Below are positions 48,984 to 59,171 of a DNA stretch of 64,000 nt, piece after piece. A program made the position numbers and the translations under genes. The DNA comes from Thermodesulfobacteriota bacterium (GTDB taxonomy: Bacteria > Desulfobacterota > Desulfobulbia > Desulfobulbales > SURF-16), in the NCBI GenBank assembly GCA_040755455.1, contig JBFMAY010000003.1:64047-128046 (forward strand), written 5' to 3'. The notes under the pieces were generated by a model that was given only the letters and a program-made list of their open reading frames with translations, did no database searches and had not been told where the DNA came from. Each line of letters begins with the position of its first letter. Within the stretch, counting starts at the first letter, position 1.

Positions 48984-50972
48984 TCAATTTGGCCGAATAA
49001 GCAAATTGAGCAAACGATCAACAACGAGATGGTAACGGGAAGGCAATAAAATGGTAGTGTAATCATCAACAATTAAGGCCGGCCCGGTGAGGTGATGGCC
49101 CCACCTCAGAAGGCGGCGGCTGTAAACCCCGAGCAGCTGCGGCCCACCGGCAAAAACAACCTCCCTGTGGTCATCAGCTGCCGGCTGTGCTGCAGGATGT
49201 CGGGTCGCCCGGGGCAGAGATTGTTTCGGCCGCACAAGAGACACGCTACAGCGTATGGCAACCACTTCAAGGGGAGCTGCCGGCAGACAGTAACCGAATT
49301 GCTGCTCATGCAGGGCGTGGAAATTTTTGGTGAAATTTTCATCATAGGGGACGGTCAGTTCAAAGGACTGCCCCTGGTAACGGATGTCCACAAACCTTTC
49401 GGTTTTCACCCTGCCTGACCGGCAGAGACTGAGCAACTCCTTTTTCTTTAGAGCGACAAGCCGGGCAAAGGACTTCTCAAGAATTGATTGATCAATTTTT
49501 TCTCCCTGCAGAAACAGCGACTGGCTGGCATCCAGGGCCGGATCGGCCATGACCATGCCCTGGGCTGACAGGATGCCCGCTCTGGCCGGCACGACAATTT
49601 CCGTGATGCCCAGTTCCCCAGCCAGGTCGCAGCAGTGCAGGCCCGAAGCGCCGCCGAATGAGAACAGCGTGAACTCCTGCGGGTCATGCCCCCGCTCCAG
49701 GGAGACAACGCGAATGGCCTTGGCCATGCCGATATTGACCAGCCGGATGATGCCCAGTGCGGTTTCCCGGGCTGACAGCCCGAGCCGTCCGCCGAGGTCG
49801 TTCATCCTCTCCGTTACCCGATCAGGCTGGAGGGGCATGGCGCCGCCAAGAAAGCGATCGGCAAGCAACCGGCCGAGGAAAAGATTGGCGTCGGTTACGG
49901 TCAACTCTTCACCAGTGCCGTAACAAACAGGACCGGGATCGGCGCCGGCGCTCTGCGGGCCGACATGCAGCAGTCCGCCCGCATCAATCCGGGCTATTGA
50001 CCCGCCCCCGGCGCCCACCGTATGAATGTCCATGACCTGGATGCGCAACGGATAGGAATCGATGCGGTAATCACGGGTAAGGGTCGGCTGTCCGTCACAG
50101 AGGGAGACATCGGTTGAGGTGCCGCCCATGTCAAAGGTGATTATTTTTTTACGCCCCATTTCCCCGGCCAGATGCAATGCGCCTTGTACCCCGCCGGCCG
50201 GCCCGGACAAGACGGTATGCACCGCCCGCTCGCCGACTGTCGCAGCCGGCAGCAGGCCGCCGTTGGACTGCTGGATGGACAATGGGTTTGTTCCGAGTTT
50301 TTCCGTCAGCCTGCTGATATAGGAGGAAACAACCGGGGCAAGATAGGCATTGATCAGGGTGGTGGTCAGTCTTTCGTACTCTCTGAACTCCGGCAGCACC
50401 TCGGACGAGATACTGACAGGAATGGCGAGGGGAAGAAGTTCCTTTGCCAGCATTTTTTCATGAATGTCATTGGCATAGGAATGAAGGAGACAGACAGCAA
50501 CGGACTCTATGCCCTTCTCCCGGCAGATCCGGCGGATCCTTTTGCCGGCACTGTTGGCCAGAGGGGTCTGCACCGAACCGTCCCACAGGATTCTCTCCCG
50601 CACCCCGACACAGTTGCCCCGGGCAATGATGTCCGCGGGGCGTTCTATCTGGAGATCATAGAGGGCGGCCCGGTTCTGTCTGCCGATGATGAGCACATCT
50701 TCAAAGCCCCTTGTGGTGATGAGTAAGGTGCTCGCCCCTTTTCTCTGCAGGAAGGCATTGGTGCCGACCGTTGTGCCATGGATAATTTCCAGCTGGTCCG
50801 GCAACAGGAAGGCGTCGGGGTTGTCAGGGTCCGGAAAGAAATGGCTGAGTCCGGCCAGGATTGCCCGGCCGGGGTCGTCAGGGGTGGAAGAAACCTTATA
50901 GGTGGCGATCCCCTGGTCGGTGAGCAGTATGAAATCCGTAAAGGTGCCGCCGGTATCAATACCGAGTTTCAT
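48984..50972 (-). CDS. Hydantoinase A/oxoprolinase family protein
   Basis: GIDTGGTFTD, HGTTVGTN, SGPAGG, DMGGTSTD, GAGGGS, GPQSAGADPGP. Confidence 0.95.
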   Translation of the reverse strand: MKLGIDTGGTFTDFILLTDQGIATYKVSSTPDDPGRAILAGLSHFFPDPDNPDAFLLPDQLEIIHGTTVGTNAFLQRKGASTLLITTRGFEDVLIIGRQNRAALYDLQIERPADIIARGNCVGVRERILWDGSVQTPLANSAGKRIRRICREKGIESVAVCLLHSYANDIHEKMLAKELLPLAIPVSISSEVLPEFREYERLTTTLINAYLAPVVSSYISRLTEKLGTNPLSIQQSNGGLLPAATVGERAVHTVLSGPAGGVQGALHLAGEMGRKKIITFDMGGTSTDVSLCDGQPTLTRDYRIDSYPLRIQVMDIHTVGAGGGSIARIDAGGLLHVGPQSAGADPGPVCYGTGEELTVTDANLFLGRLLADRFLGGAMPLQPDRVTERMNDLGGRLGLSARETALGIIRLVNIGMAKAIRVVSLERGHDPQEFTLFSFGGASGLHCCDLAGELGITEIVVPARAGILSAQGMVMADPALDASQSLFLQGEKIDQSILEKSFARLVALKKKELLSLCRSGRVKTERFVDIRYQGQSFELTVPYDENFTKNFHALHEQQFGYCLPAAPLEVVAIRCSVSLVRPKQSLPRATRHPAAQPAADDHREVVFAGGPQLLGVYSRRLLRWGHHLTGPALIVDDYTTILLPSRYHLVVDRLLNLLIRPN

Positions 50973-51041
50973 AAGTGACGTTCCAACGCTTAAATGTTTA
51001 AACGTTGGAACGTTTGATCGTTGCCACGTTGTAACGCTTTT

Positions 51042-51641
51042 TTACAGCCCGGCAGCAATGGCTTTGCCTAACTTGGCATCTATGACTTCGGCAAGATGGG
51101 CCTCAGTGTAATCATTATCCTTACGTAATGTCCTGGTGGCGGTGCCGAAGGTCATGCGCAGCTTCTGACTGTTGACCAGTTCAACTGCCTTGCCGATCCT
51201 GACCTGCAGCTCTTCGGTACTGATGCCTTCGGCATGGCCCAGCGGCCCCAGTTCACGAATTTTTGCGGTAAATTCCGTAATGAGCTTGACAAAACGGGGG
51301 GCCTCGGCAGCAGAGGCCCACTGCAGATTATAACGCTCAGGACTTACACCGATTCCCTGAAGAACTCTTTTGATCAGAACATTGACACCCATGGCGTCGT
51401 AATTACCAACCTGGTAATGGCATTCACCAAGTTGTCAGCCGCCGGTGAAGATACCGGCCGCGCCTTCGGCAAAACCCTGCAGGATAAAGGAAGGGTCAAT
51501 GCGTCCGGTGCACATGACCCGGATGGTGCGCAGGTTGGGCGGATACTGGTAACGGGAGACACCCGCCGCATCGGCGGCAGCGTAACAGCACCAGTTACAG
51601 AGAAACCCCAGAATCTTGGGGTTGAATTCTTCAATGGTCAT
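51042..51641 (-). CDS. mvhD: MvhD/FlpD-type hydrogenase iron-sulfur subunit, selenoprotein (199 aa)
   Basis: Two ORF-track pieces are in frame across TGA 51437-51435: FLCNWC..RVMCTGR..GG-U-QLGECHY..GN..W.SAAE. Confidence 0.92.
51402..51418 (-). promoter_or_regulatory. Bacterial SECIS-like hairpin (mvhD)
   Basis: AUUACCA-GGU-UGGUAAU starting 16 nt after UGA. Confidence 0.78.
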
Positions 51642-51656
51642 TCGATATACCTCTTT

Positions 51657-51750
51657 TTTAGGCTGTAGGTATTTAGGTTTTTAGGTGTTTAGGCTTTTAG
51701 GTATTCAGGTGTTTAGCTAAATGACTACAGACTAAACACCTGAATACCTG
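51657..51750. repeat. 8-nt-period degenerate tandem repeat with inverted tail
   Basis: GGTATTTA GGTTTTTA GGTGTTTA GGCTTTTA GGTATTCA GGTGTTTA then CTAAACACCTGAATACCT. Confidence 0.8.
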
Positions 51751-51754
51751 TTTT

Positions 51755-54700
51755 TCAAATTTCCCCGAACGCTTTGATCTGGGCGCCGATCTGTTCACGG
51801 GTGAAACCGCCCATGGAGATGGCAAAGGTCGGGCACCGGGAAGAGCAGATACCACAGCCCTTACATGAGGCGGCAATGGTTTCCGCCTTCTTTTTGTTGT
51901 CCACTTTCACCATCTGGATCGCCTGATAGGGGCAGAGGCTTGCGCAGATGCCGCAGCCGATGCATATCTCCTTGTCCACCGAGGAGACGATCGGCTCAAC
52001 GGAAACAAAGCCCTTGATCAGCGGGATGGAGGCCTTTGCCGCCGCAGCCTGGGCCTGAACAATGACCTCATCAAGGGGTTTGGGGGAATGGGCAAGTCCG
52101 CAGACATAGACGCCATCCACGGCAAGTTCCACGGGCCGCAATTTCACATGGGCTTCCAGATAAAATTTGTTTTCATTGACCGGAATCTTCAGCAGCTTGC
52201 TGAGGGTTTCCGTATCCTCCGGCACAATGCCGACACTGAGCGCCACCAGGTCAGGGCTGAGGGTGACATCCTCCTGCAGCAGCGGATCAAAGAAGGAGAC
52301 GGTGACCCCGCTGCCCTTTTTCGCCACCTCCGGCTTGCGCTCCATCTCGTAGGGAATGAAAACCACCCCCTGCTCCCGGGCCTGTCGGTAAATATCCTCG
52401 CTATAGCCGTAGGTGCGCATGTCGCGGTAGAGGACGACGACCTGAGAACGGGGATTGCGCTCCTTGATCTTCAGGGCGTTTTTCACCGCAGTGGTGCAGC
52501 ATACCTTGCTGCAGTATGTGAGGTCATCACCGCGGGAGCCGGCACACTGGATCATGACCACCGAATCCGGGGTCCGGTCCTTACCCTTGCCGGCCAGCAG
52601 GCCTTCCAGTTCACGCTGGGTGACGACCTTCTTTGCCTGGCCGAGCAGATACCGGTCCGGCCGGTGCTCACGGCCGCCAGTGGCGATGATAATGACACCG
52701 TGGTCAATGGTCAGTTCCGCTTCCTTCTTGCCCTTGCGGGTCTTGACCACCGAGGAAAAATTGCCGACAAAGCCGCTGACCGCCACAAGCTCGGCGCCGG
52801 TCAGCACCTCGATCTTCTTATTTTTCTCCACCCGCTTGATCAGATCCTTGATCATGGCGGCGATGTTCTCACCGGAACCGGTATCGCCCATGCTGGCGGC
52901 ATGACCGCCCAATGAGTCGTTCTTCTCCACCAGAAAACACTGAAAACCCTGCTCAGCCAGGTTTTCGGCCGCAGTCAGACCGGCGATGCCGCCGCCGATG
53001 ATGAGGGCCTGGGGGGTGACCGGCACGGTCTGTTCGGGCAGAGGGCGCAGGTGGCGCGCCTTGGCGATACCCATCCGGACCAGATCCTTCGACTTGCCGG
53101 TCGCCTCGTCCGGTTCATTGGCATGGACCCAGGAACACTGATCCCGGATGTTGACCATCTCGAACAGGGAACGGTTCAGCCCGGCGTCTTTGAGGGTTTC
53201 CTGGAATAGCGGCTCATGGGTCCGCGGCGAACAGGCGGCCATGACAATACGGTTCAGCCGGTGCTCCTTGATCTTGTTCTTGATGATCTCCTGGGCGTCC
53301 TGGGAACAGCTGTAGAGGCTATCGCTGAAATAGACGACGTTGTCCATCTCCCCGGCGTAATCGACGACCCGCGGCACATCGACCGTACCGGCGATATTGA
53401 TGCCGCAGCGACAGACAAAGACGCCGATACGCACCTCGTCACTCTCCGTCACCTGCTGTTCGTCCGGATAGGATTTGTGGACGATGCCGGCGCCTCGCTG
53501 CTGTTTAATCAAGGCGGCGGCAAGACCGGCGGCGGCACTGGACTGGGTGACGCTTTCCGGAATGTCCTTCGGCCCCTGGAAGGCGCCGGCCACCAGCACG
53601 CCGTCGCGGCTGGTCTGCAGGGGGGCAAAGGTGGTGGTCTTGCAGAAGTCGTAACGGTTCAGGTCAAACTTGCCGATGCGGGCGAGATCAGCGGCGCTTT
53701 TCGGCGAATCGAGCCCGACCGAGAGAACAACCATGTCAAAGGCCTCGAAATGATGGCTCTCGGCCATGGTCGAGTAGGTCAGTTTCAGCTGCTTGCCCCA
53801 GGGCATGACATCCGCCACCCGGGCCCGGACGAAGCTGATGCCGAACTGTTCCTCGGCTCGAATGCGGGCTGCGTCGAAGTCCTTGCCCTGGGTGCGCAGG
53901 TCCATATAGAAGATGGTAATCTCGCATTCCGGATCATGCTCCTTGGCGACCATAGCCTCCTTGATGGCATACATGCAGCAGACCGAGGAGCAGTAGCCAT
54001 TGTCGCAGCCGAGATCACGGGAGCCGACACACTGGATAAAGGCGATTTTATGCGGATGGCGCTTGTCGGACAGACAGCGCACCTCGCCTTGGAAGGGTCC
54101 GGAGGGATTGAGCAGCCGTTCGAACTCCAGGCTGGTGACGATATCCGGATGCTTACCGTAGTTGTATTTGGTCAGGGCCTCGTCCGGCACCTTGCCGAAA
54201 CCGGGGGCCATGATGATCGCGCCGATCTGGATGTCACGCTCCACCGCCTTCTGGGAGAAATCGATGGCATGGCTGCGACAGACCGGCACGCAGATCTGGC
54301 AGGTATTGTGCTTGAGATGCAGACAGGCGGCCGGATCGATGAAATAGGTGGCCGGCACCGCCTGCGGATAGTCGATGTGGATCGGCCGGGTGATGGCCAG
54401 GCCCTCGTTGTAGCTGTCCACCATGTGACGCGGGCAGTACTGGGTACAGAGACCGCAGGCCGTGCACCTGTCGGCGTCGATGTAGCGGGGATTGAGCCGC
54501 ACCCTGGCGGTGAAGGCCCCCGGTTTGCCATCCAGGGAGAGAAAATCCGTGTTGCTCAGAATTTCGATATTGGGAGACCGACCGGCCTCAACCAGCTTCG
54601 GAGCAAGGATTCAAAGCGAACAGTCATTGGTGGGAAAGGTCTTGTCAAGCTGGGCCATGGCGCCGCCAACGGCCGCCGACTTTTCCACCAGATAGACATA

Positions 54701-54799
54701 ATATCCCAGTTCGGTCAGATCAAGGGCGGCCTGCACACCGGCGACACCGCCGCCGACCACCATCACCGAACCGGATCTGTGTTCCATTGCTTTACCCAT
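51755..54799 (-). CDS. hdrA: HdrA-like heterodisulfide reductase flavoprotein, selenoprotein (1014 aa)
   Basis: In-frame across TGA 54613-54611: [51 protein letters not shown], second GGGIAG, C-terminal 2x[4Fe-4S]. Confidence 0.93.
54574..54589 (-). promoter_or_regulatory. Bacterial SECIS-like hairpin (hdrA)
   Basis: GAGGCC-GGUC-GGUCUC starting 21 nt after UGA. Confidence 0.65.
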
Positions 54800-54847
54800 T
54801 TCGTTCTCCAGTGTTATAAGAATACCACAACAATACCAACGGCACCT

Positions 54848-57800
54848 TCATGCCGCGATCTTTTCAATGCGAACGGCGCAAACCTTGGCCTCCGGGATCT
54901 TGCAGACCGGGTCGAGGGCGTCGTTCGTCAGCAGGTTTGCCGCCGCTTCCTTGTAATGGAAGGGAATGAAGACCACGCCGGCCTCCACCCGCTCGGTAAT
55001 CCTGGCCGGCAGGGTGATCGCCCCACGCCGGGAGACAGCCTTTATCGTCTCACCGTCGGTAATGGCCAAGGCCTCGGCGGTCCGGGGATGAATCTCGACA
55101 TAGGGAGAGGGAGCCGACTCCTCCAGCACATGGGACCGTCTGGTCATGGTGCCGGTATGATACTGATAAAGCACCCGGCCGGTGGTCAGCACCAGCGGAT
55201 AGTCTTTATCGGTGCCCTCCTTGGGACCGCTCCAGACAATCTCGGTGAATTTCGCCCGGCCGATGGGAAAACCGCTCTCAAAGAGAATCGGGGTGCCAGG
55301 ATGGTCCGGGGTCGGACAGGGCCACTGCAGCCCCCCCTCCTCATCGAGCCGCTGGTAGGACATGCCTGCCATATGCGACCAGGCCCGACCTATCTCGGCG
55401 AACACCTCTTCGGGGAAGGGAGCAAAAACCTTGTACCTGCCGCCGCCCGGCAGGGTGAATTCCCGGCCCGGCCGACTCATCATGCTCTGCTTGGTGCCGA
55501 CCATCCTGTTCGTCACCATGTTGATGATGGAGAGATCGTCCATGGCGTGCCCCGGCGGGCAGACGGCGCGGCGCACCCGTTGCACCCGGCGTTCCGTATT
55601 GGTGAAGGTGCCCTCCTTTTCGGCAAAGCAGGCCGCGGGCAGCACCACATCGGCAAGCTCGGCGGTGCAGGTCATGAAAATGTCCTGCACCACGAGAAAG
55701 TCGAGCTTTTCCAGCGCCTTTTTTGCATGGCCGCTGTTCGGATCGCTGAGGACCGGATTCTCCCCCATGATCCACATGCCGGTTATCCGGCCGTCGAGGA
55801 TGGCCGGCATCACCTCGGTGGCGGTCAGACCCGGTCGAGCCGGCACCGGAGTGCCCCAGATCGCCTCAAAATGCTTGCGCGCCTCCTCGTCGGCCACCGG
55901 CCGGTAGCCGGGCAGGACCATCGGCACGCAGGCCATGTCACTCGATCCCTGCACATTGTTCTGCCCGCGCAGGGGATTGAGACCCGCGCCATGTTTGCCG
56001 AGATTGCCGGTCAGCAGGGCAAGGTTGGCGAGGGCGCGGACGTTGTCGGTGCCCGAGGTGTGCTGGGTAATTCCCATGGTGTAATAGATGCCGGCCCGCT
56101 CGGCCCGGGCGTAAATGCGGGCCGCCTCCTCGATGTCAGCGGCCGGCACGCCGGTGATCTTTTCCGCCCACTGCGGGGTGCAGGAGGCGACCGCCTCACG
56201 CAGGCGGTCAAAGTGTTCCGTGCGCTCGGCAATGAATTTTCGGTCGTGAAGGTCATCACGGATGATGACATGACACATGGCGTTGATCAGGGCGCCGTCA
56301 CTACCGGGTCGCTGCCGCAACCAGAGCCGGGCACTCTTTGTCAGCTCGATGGCGCGGGGATCAGCGACCAGCAGCTTTGCACCCTTCTTCACCGCGTGCA
56401 TCATCCGCACGGCAATGACCGGATGGGCCTCGGTGGTGTTGGACCCGATAACGAGCAGCACCTCGTTGTCCTCGATGCCGGCAATGGTATTGCTCATGGC
56501 CCCGGAACCAAGCGTTGTTGCAAGACCTGCAACAGTGGGGCTGTGACAGTAACGGGCGCAGTGATCGACGTTGTTGGTCCCGATCACCGCACGGAAAAAT
56601 TTTTGAAAGGCATAATTCTCCTCCACCGTGCAGCGGGCCGAAGAGAGGCCGGCCAGGGAATCGGGGCCTTTCTCCGCCATGATGCGGGCAAAGGTGCCGG
56701 CAATAAGGTCAAGGGCGTCGTCCCATCTGGCTGGTTCAAGGGGGCCCCCGGGTCGGCGGCGGATGAGCGGCCGTTTCAGCCGATCAGGATGATGAATGAA
56801 GTTATGGCCGAAACGCCCCTTGACGCAAAGATCGCCGTAATTGGGTCCGACTTCCGGATCGGCGGTGGCCTCCATGACGGTCTGCCCCTTGACCTTGAGA
56901 ATAAGCTGACAGCCGGTGCCGCAGTAAGGACAGGTGGTTCTGACATCCTGGATTGGTTCACCCTGGATCGGCACGATCCGCTGTTTCTTGTTGAGCGCGC
57001 CGGTGGAACAGTTGTCCACGCACTTGCCGCAGGAAACGCAGTTATCTTTGAAAGACAGGACCAGCCCCTGCGGCCGGCCCTCCTCATCGACCGAATCGGC
57101 CCGCAGCTCCAGAGCGTCATATTCGCAGACCCGCAGGCAGCGCTGACAGAAGATACACTTGTTCGGATCAATGACGATGGCCCGGTGCGAGGTATCGATG
57201 GGGTAGAGCGGCACCGTACCCATGCCGGTTTTGTTGATATTGACATCATAAACGATGTCGAGATCCTTGAGATTGCAGCGGTCAAAGGCGGTGCAGCCGC
57301 AGGAGAGACATCGTTCCGCCTCGCGCCGCACCATCTTTTCGGTGAAACCGAGCTTGATCTCGTCGAAATCCTGACGGCAGACCTCGGGCGGCCGCTGCGG
57401 CATCTTTTCCCGCAGTTTGACATTGACCCCTTCGAAGTTCTTCAGACTGACATCGTCGAATCCCTTGCCGCGGGTGAAGTTGAAACGGCTCTCGCCGCTC
57501 TCCTTGTCCACTTCCATGATGTAGGAATGAATATTTTCCGCAGCGCGGCGACCGGTAACCACCGCCTGAATGACGGTTTTCACCCCGCTCACCACATCGC
57601 CGCCGGCAAAGACCCCGTCGATATTGGTCTGCGAGGTGCGGGGATTTGCGACGATCATGCCTTTGGCCGTCAGTTCCAGGGCGGCCTCCAGTTCGCCGCC
57701 CGGCATGATGCCGTCAATGGCAAACTGGCCGATGGCGCTGACAACGGTGTCCACCGGCAGGGCGTTCTTGGATTCAGGAATCGGCACCGCCTCACGTCGG

Positions 57801-59074
57801 CCCCGGCTGTCCGGTTCACCGAGCTTCATCCTGATCAGGTTGAGCATCAGCCGGGTATTCTCGTTGGAACGGGAACAGAGATCAACCGGCGAGGCCATGA
57901 GGAGAAACTGGACGCCCTCGTGTTCCGCCTCGCGGATGTTACGCTGGTTGGCGGGCATCTCGATCTGGGCGCGGGGATAGACAACCGTCACCTCGTTGAC
58001 ACCGAGACGCAGCAGCGAACGGGCCACCTCCATGGCGATATTGTTGCCGCCGATCACCGCGGCCCGCCGGCCAAGGTCGAGTTTCCTGCCGTCATTGACC
58101 ATGCGAAGAAACTGGAGCGCGGTGTAGACATGTTCATAATTGGCGCAGGGAATGTCGAGGGGCTGGTCGAGCGGGGCGCCGATGCCGATAAAGGTGGCGT
58201 CAAAGCCCTGGTCGCGCAGATCCTGCAGGGTGAAGTCCTTCCCCCACTGCTGACTGAGACGGATGGAGATGCCCATCTTGAGGATGGAATTGACCTCGTA
58301 ATCGAGAACATCCCTGGGGATCTTGTAATTGAGAAAGCCGTAACGCAGGGCGCCGCCAAGCTGGGGGGCTGCCTCATAAATGGTGACGTCGTGGCCCTTG
58401 CGGGTCAGAAAATAGGCAGCGGTCAGACCGGACGGACCGCCACCGATCACCGCCACCCGCTTGCCGGTGGGCCGGTCCTTGGGGATGTTGAGATTGATCT
58501 CGTGGCTCATGCACCAGTCGGCGACGAAGCGTTTCAGATGATTGATGGAAACAGGTTCGTCGACCAGGATGCGACGGCAGCGGGTTTCGCAGAAGCGCGG
58601 ACAGACCCGGCCGACCGAAAACGGCAGTGGGTTGCGCTCCATGATGAGCCGGAGGGCCTCCTCATACTCACCTCTGGCAATATGGGCGATGTAGCCCTGA
58701 ACGTTGATCTGACCCGGACAGGTCAGATTGCAGGGAGCCTTGCAGTCGCCGAAATGGGTCTTCGAGATCGCGGCCAGCCGGTTCTTGCGATGGGCAATAA
58801 CCACTTTGGAGTCGGTGAGGATCTCCATCCCCTCCCGGGCCATGGTGACGCAGGCGCGAAAAAGTCCCTCCGCGGCCAACGTCGATTTCAGATTGAAGCG
58901 AGCGGGATCGGCGATTTCAACCGCACATAACCCGCAGGGATTATCGGCAATGCTGTTTTTGACGTAACAGAGGGTCGGGATGGTGATATCCGAACGCCTG
59001 GCCACCTCCAGGATGGTCAGCCCGGCCTCGGCGACAATCTCCATACCGTTTATCGTCAGGGTTATTATCGTCAT
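54848..59074 (-). CDS. fdhF: Cytoplasmic formate dehydrogenase alpha subunit fused to [2Fe-2S], GltD-like FAD/NAD(P)H and ferredoxin domains
   Basis: IPTLC, C...CP...GRVCPR.CE..C, GGGPSG, CIFCQRC, CVSCGKC, CPYCGTGC, NNVDHCARYCH, LRGQNNVQG, GTFTNTERRVQ; no Tat signal. Confidence 0.9.
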   Translation of the reverse strand: MTIITLTINGMEIVAEAGLTILEVARRSDITIPTLCYVKNSIADNPCGLCAVEIADPARFNLKSTLAAEGLFRACVTMAREGMEILTDSKVVIAHRKNRLAAISKTHFGDCKAPCNLTCPGQINVQGYIAHIARGEYEEALRLIMERNPLPFSVGRVCPRFCETRCRRILVDEPVSINHLKRFVADWCMSHEINLNIPKDRPTGKRVAVIGGGPSGLTAAYFLTRKGHDVTIYEAAPQLGGALRYGFLNYKIPRDVLDYEVNSILKMGISIRLSQQWGKDFTLQDLRDQGFDATFIGIGAPLDQPLDIPCANYEHVYTALQFLRMVNDGRKLDLGRRAAVIGGNNIAMEVARSLLRLGVNEVTVVYPRAQIEMPANQRNIREAEHEGVQFLLMASPVDLCSRSNENTRLMLNLIRMKLGEPDSRGRREAVPIPESKNALPVDTVVSAIGQFAIDGIMPGGELEAALELTAKGMIVANPRTSQTNIDGVFAGGDVVSGVKTVIQAVVTGRRAAENIHSYIMEVDKESGESRFNFTRGKGFDDVSLKNFEGVNVKLREKMPQRPPEVCRQDFDEIKLGFTEKMVRREAERCLSCGCTAFDRCNLKDLDIVYDVNINKTGMGTVPLYPIDTSHRAIVIDPNKCIFCQRCLRVCEYDALELRADSVDEEGRPQGLVLSFKDNCVSCGKCVDNCSTGALNKKQRIVPIQGEPIQDVRTTCPYCGTGCQLILKVKGQTVMEATADPEVGPNYGDLCVKGRFGHNFIHHPDRLKRPLIRRRPGGPLEPARWDDALDLIAGTFARIMAEKGPDSLAGLSSARCTVEENYAFQKFFRAVIGTNNVDHCARYCHSPTVAGLATTLGSGAMSNTIAGIEDNEVLLVIGSNTTEAHPVIAVRMMHAVKKGAKLLVADPRAIELTKSARLWLRQRPGSDGALINAMCHVIIRDDLHDRKFIAERTEHFDRLREAVASCTPQWAEKITGVPAADIEEAARIYARAERAGIYYTMGITQHTSGTDNVRALANLALLTGNLGKHGAGLNPLRGQNNVQGSSDMACVPMVLPGYRPVADEEARKHFEAIWGTPVPARPGLTATEVMPAILDGRITGMWIMGENPVLSDPNSGHAKKALEKLDFLVVQDIFMTCTAELADVVLPAACFAEKEGTFTNTERRVQRVRRAVCPPGHAMDDLSIINMVTNRMVGTKQSMMSRPGREFTLPGGGRYKVFAPFPEEVFAEIGRAWSHMAGMSYQRLDEEGGLQWPCPTPDHPGTPILFESGFPIGRAKFTEIVWSGPKEGTDKDYPLVLTTGRVLYQYHTGTMTRRSHVLEESAPSPYVEIHPRTAEALAITDGETIKAVSRRGAITLPARITERVEAGVVFIPFHYKEAAANLLTNDALDPVCKIPEAKVCAVRIEKIAA

Positions 59075-59171
59075 AGTATCTGGTCTCGATCACAAAAGGG
59101 TCGGGATCATGTTGTTTTCACGACCGGGGAAGGATCTTCCATCCTTCTCCCGGTCATGATCGGGCAGGGTC

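Noticed and set aside
51657..51750. Possible CRISPR array
   Set aside because: 8-nt units without unique spacers; no cas genes in the window
51435..54613. Nonsense mutations making hdrA and mvhD pseudogenes
   Set aside because: The TGAs align with conserved Cys positions and have SECIS-like hairpins; Sec recoding fits better
53216..58930. 1904-aa ORF on the + strand
   Set aside because: Antisense shadow of fdh/hdrA, explained by GC3-biased codon usage; no recognisable domain or RBS
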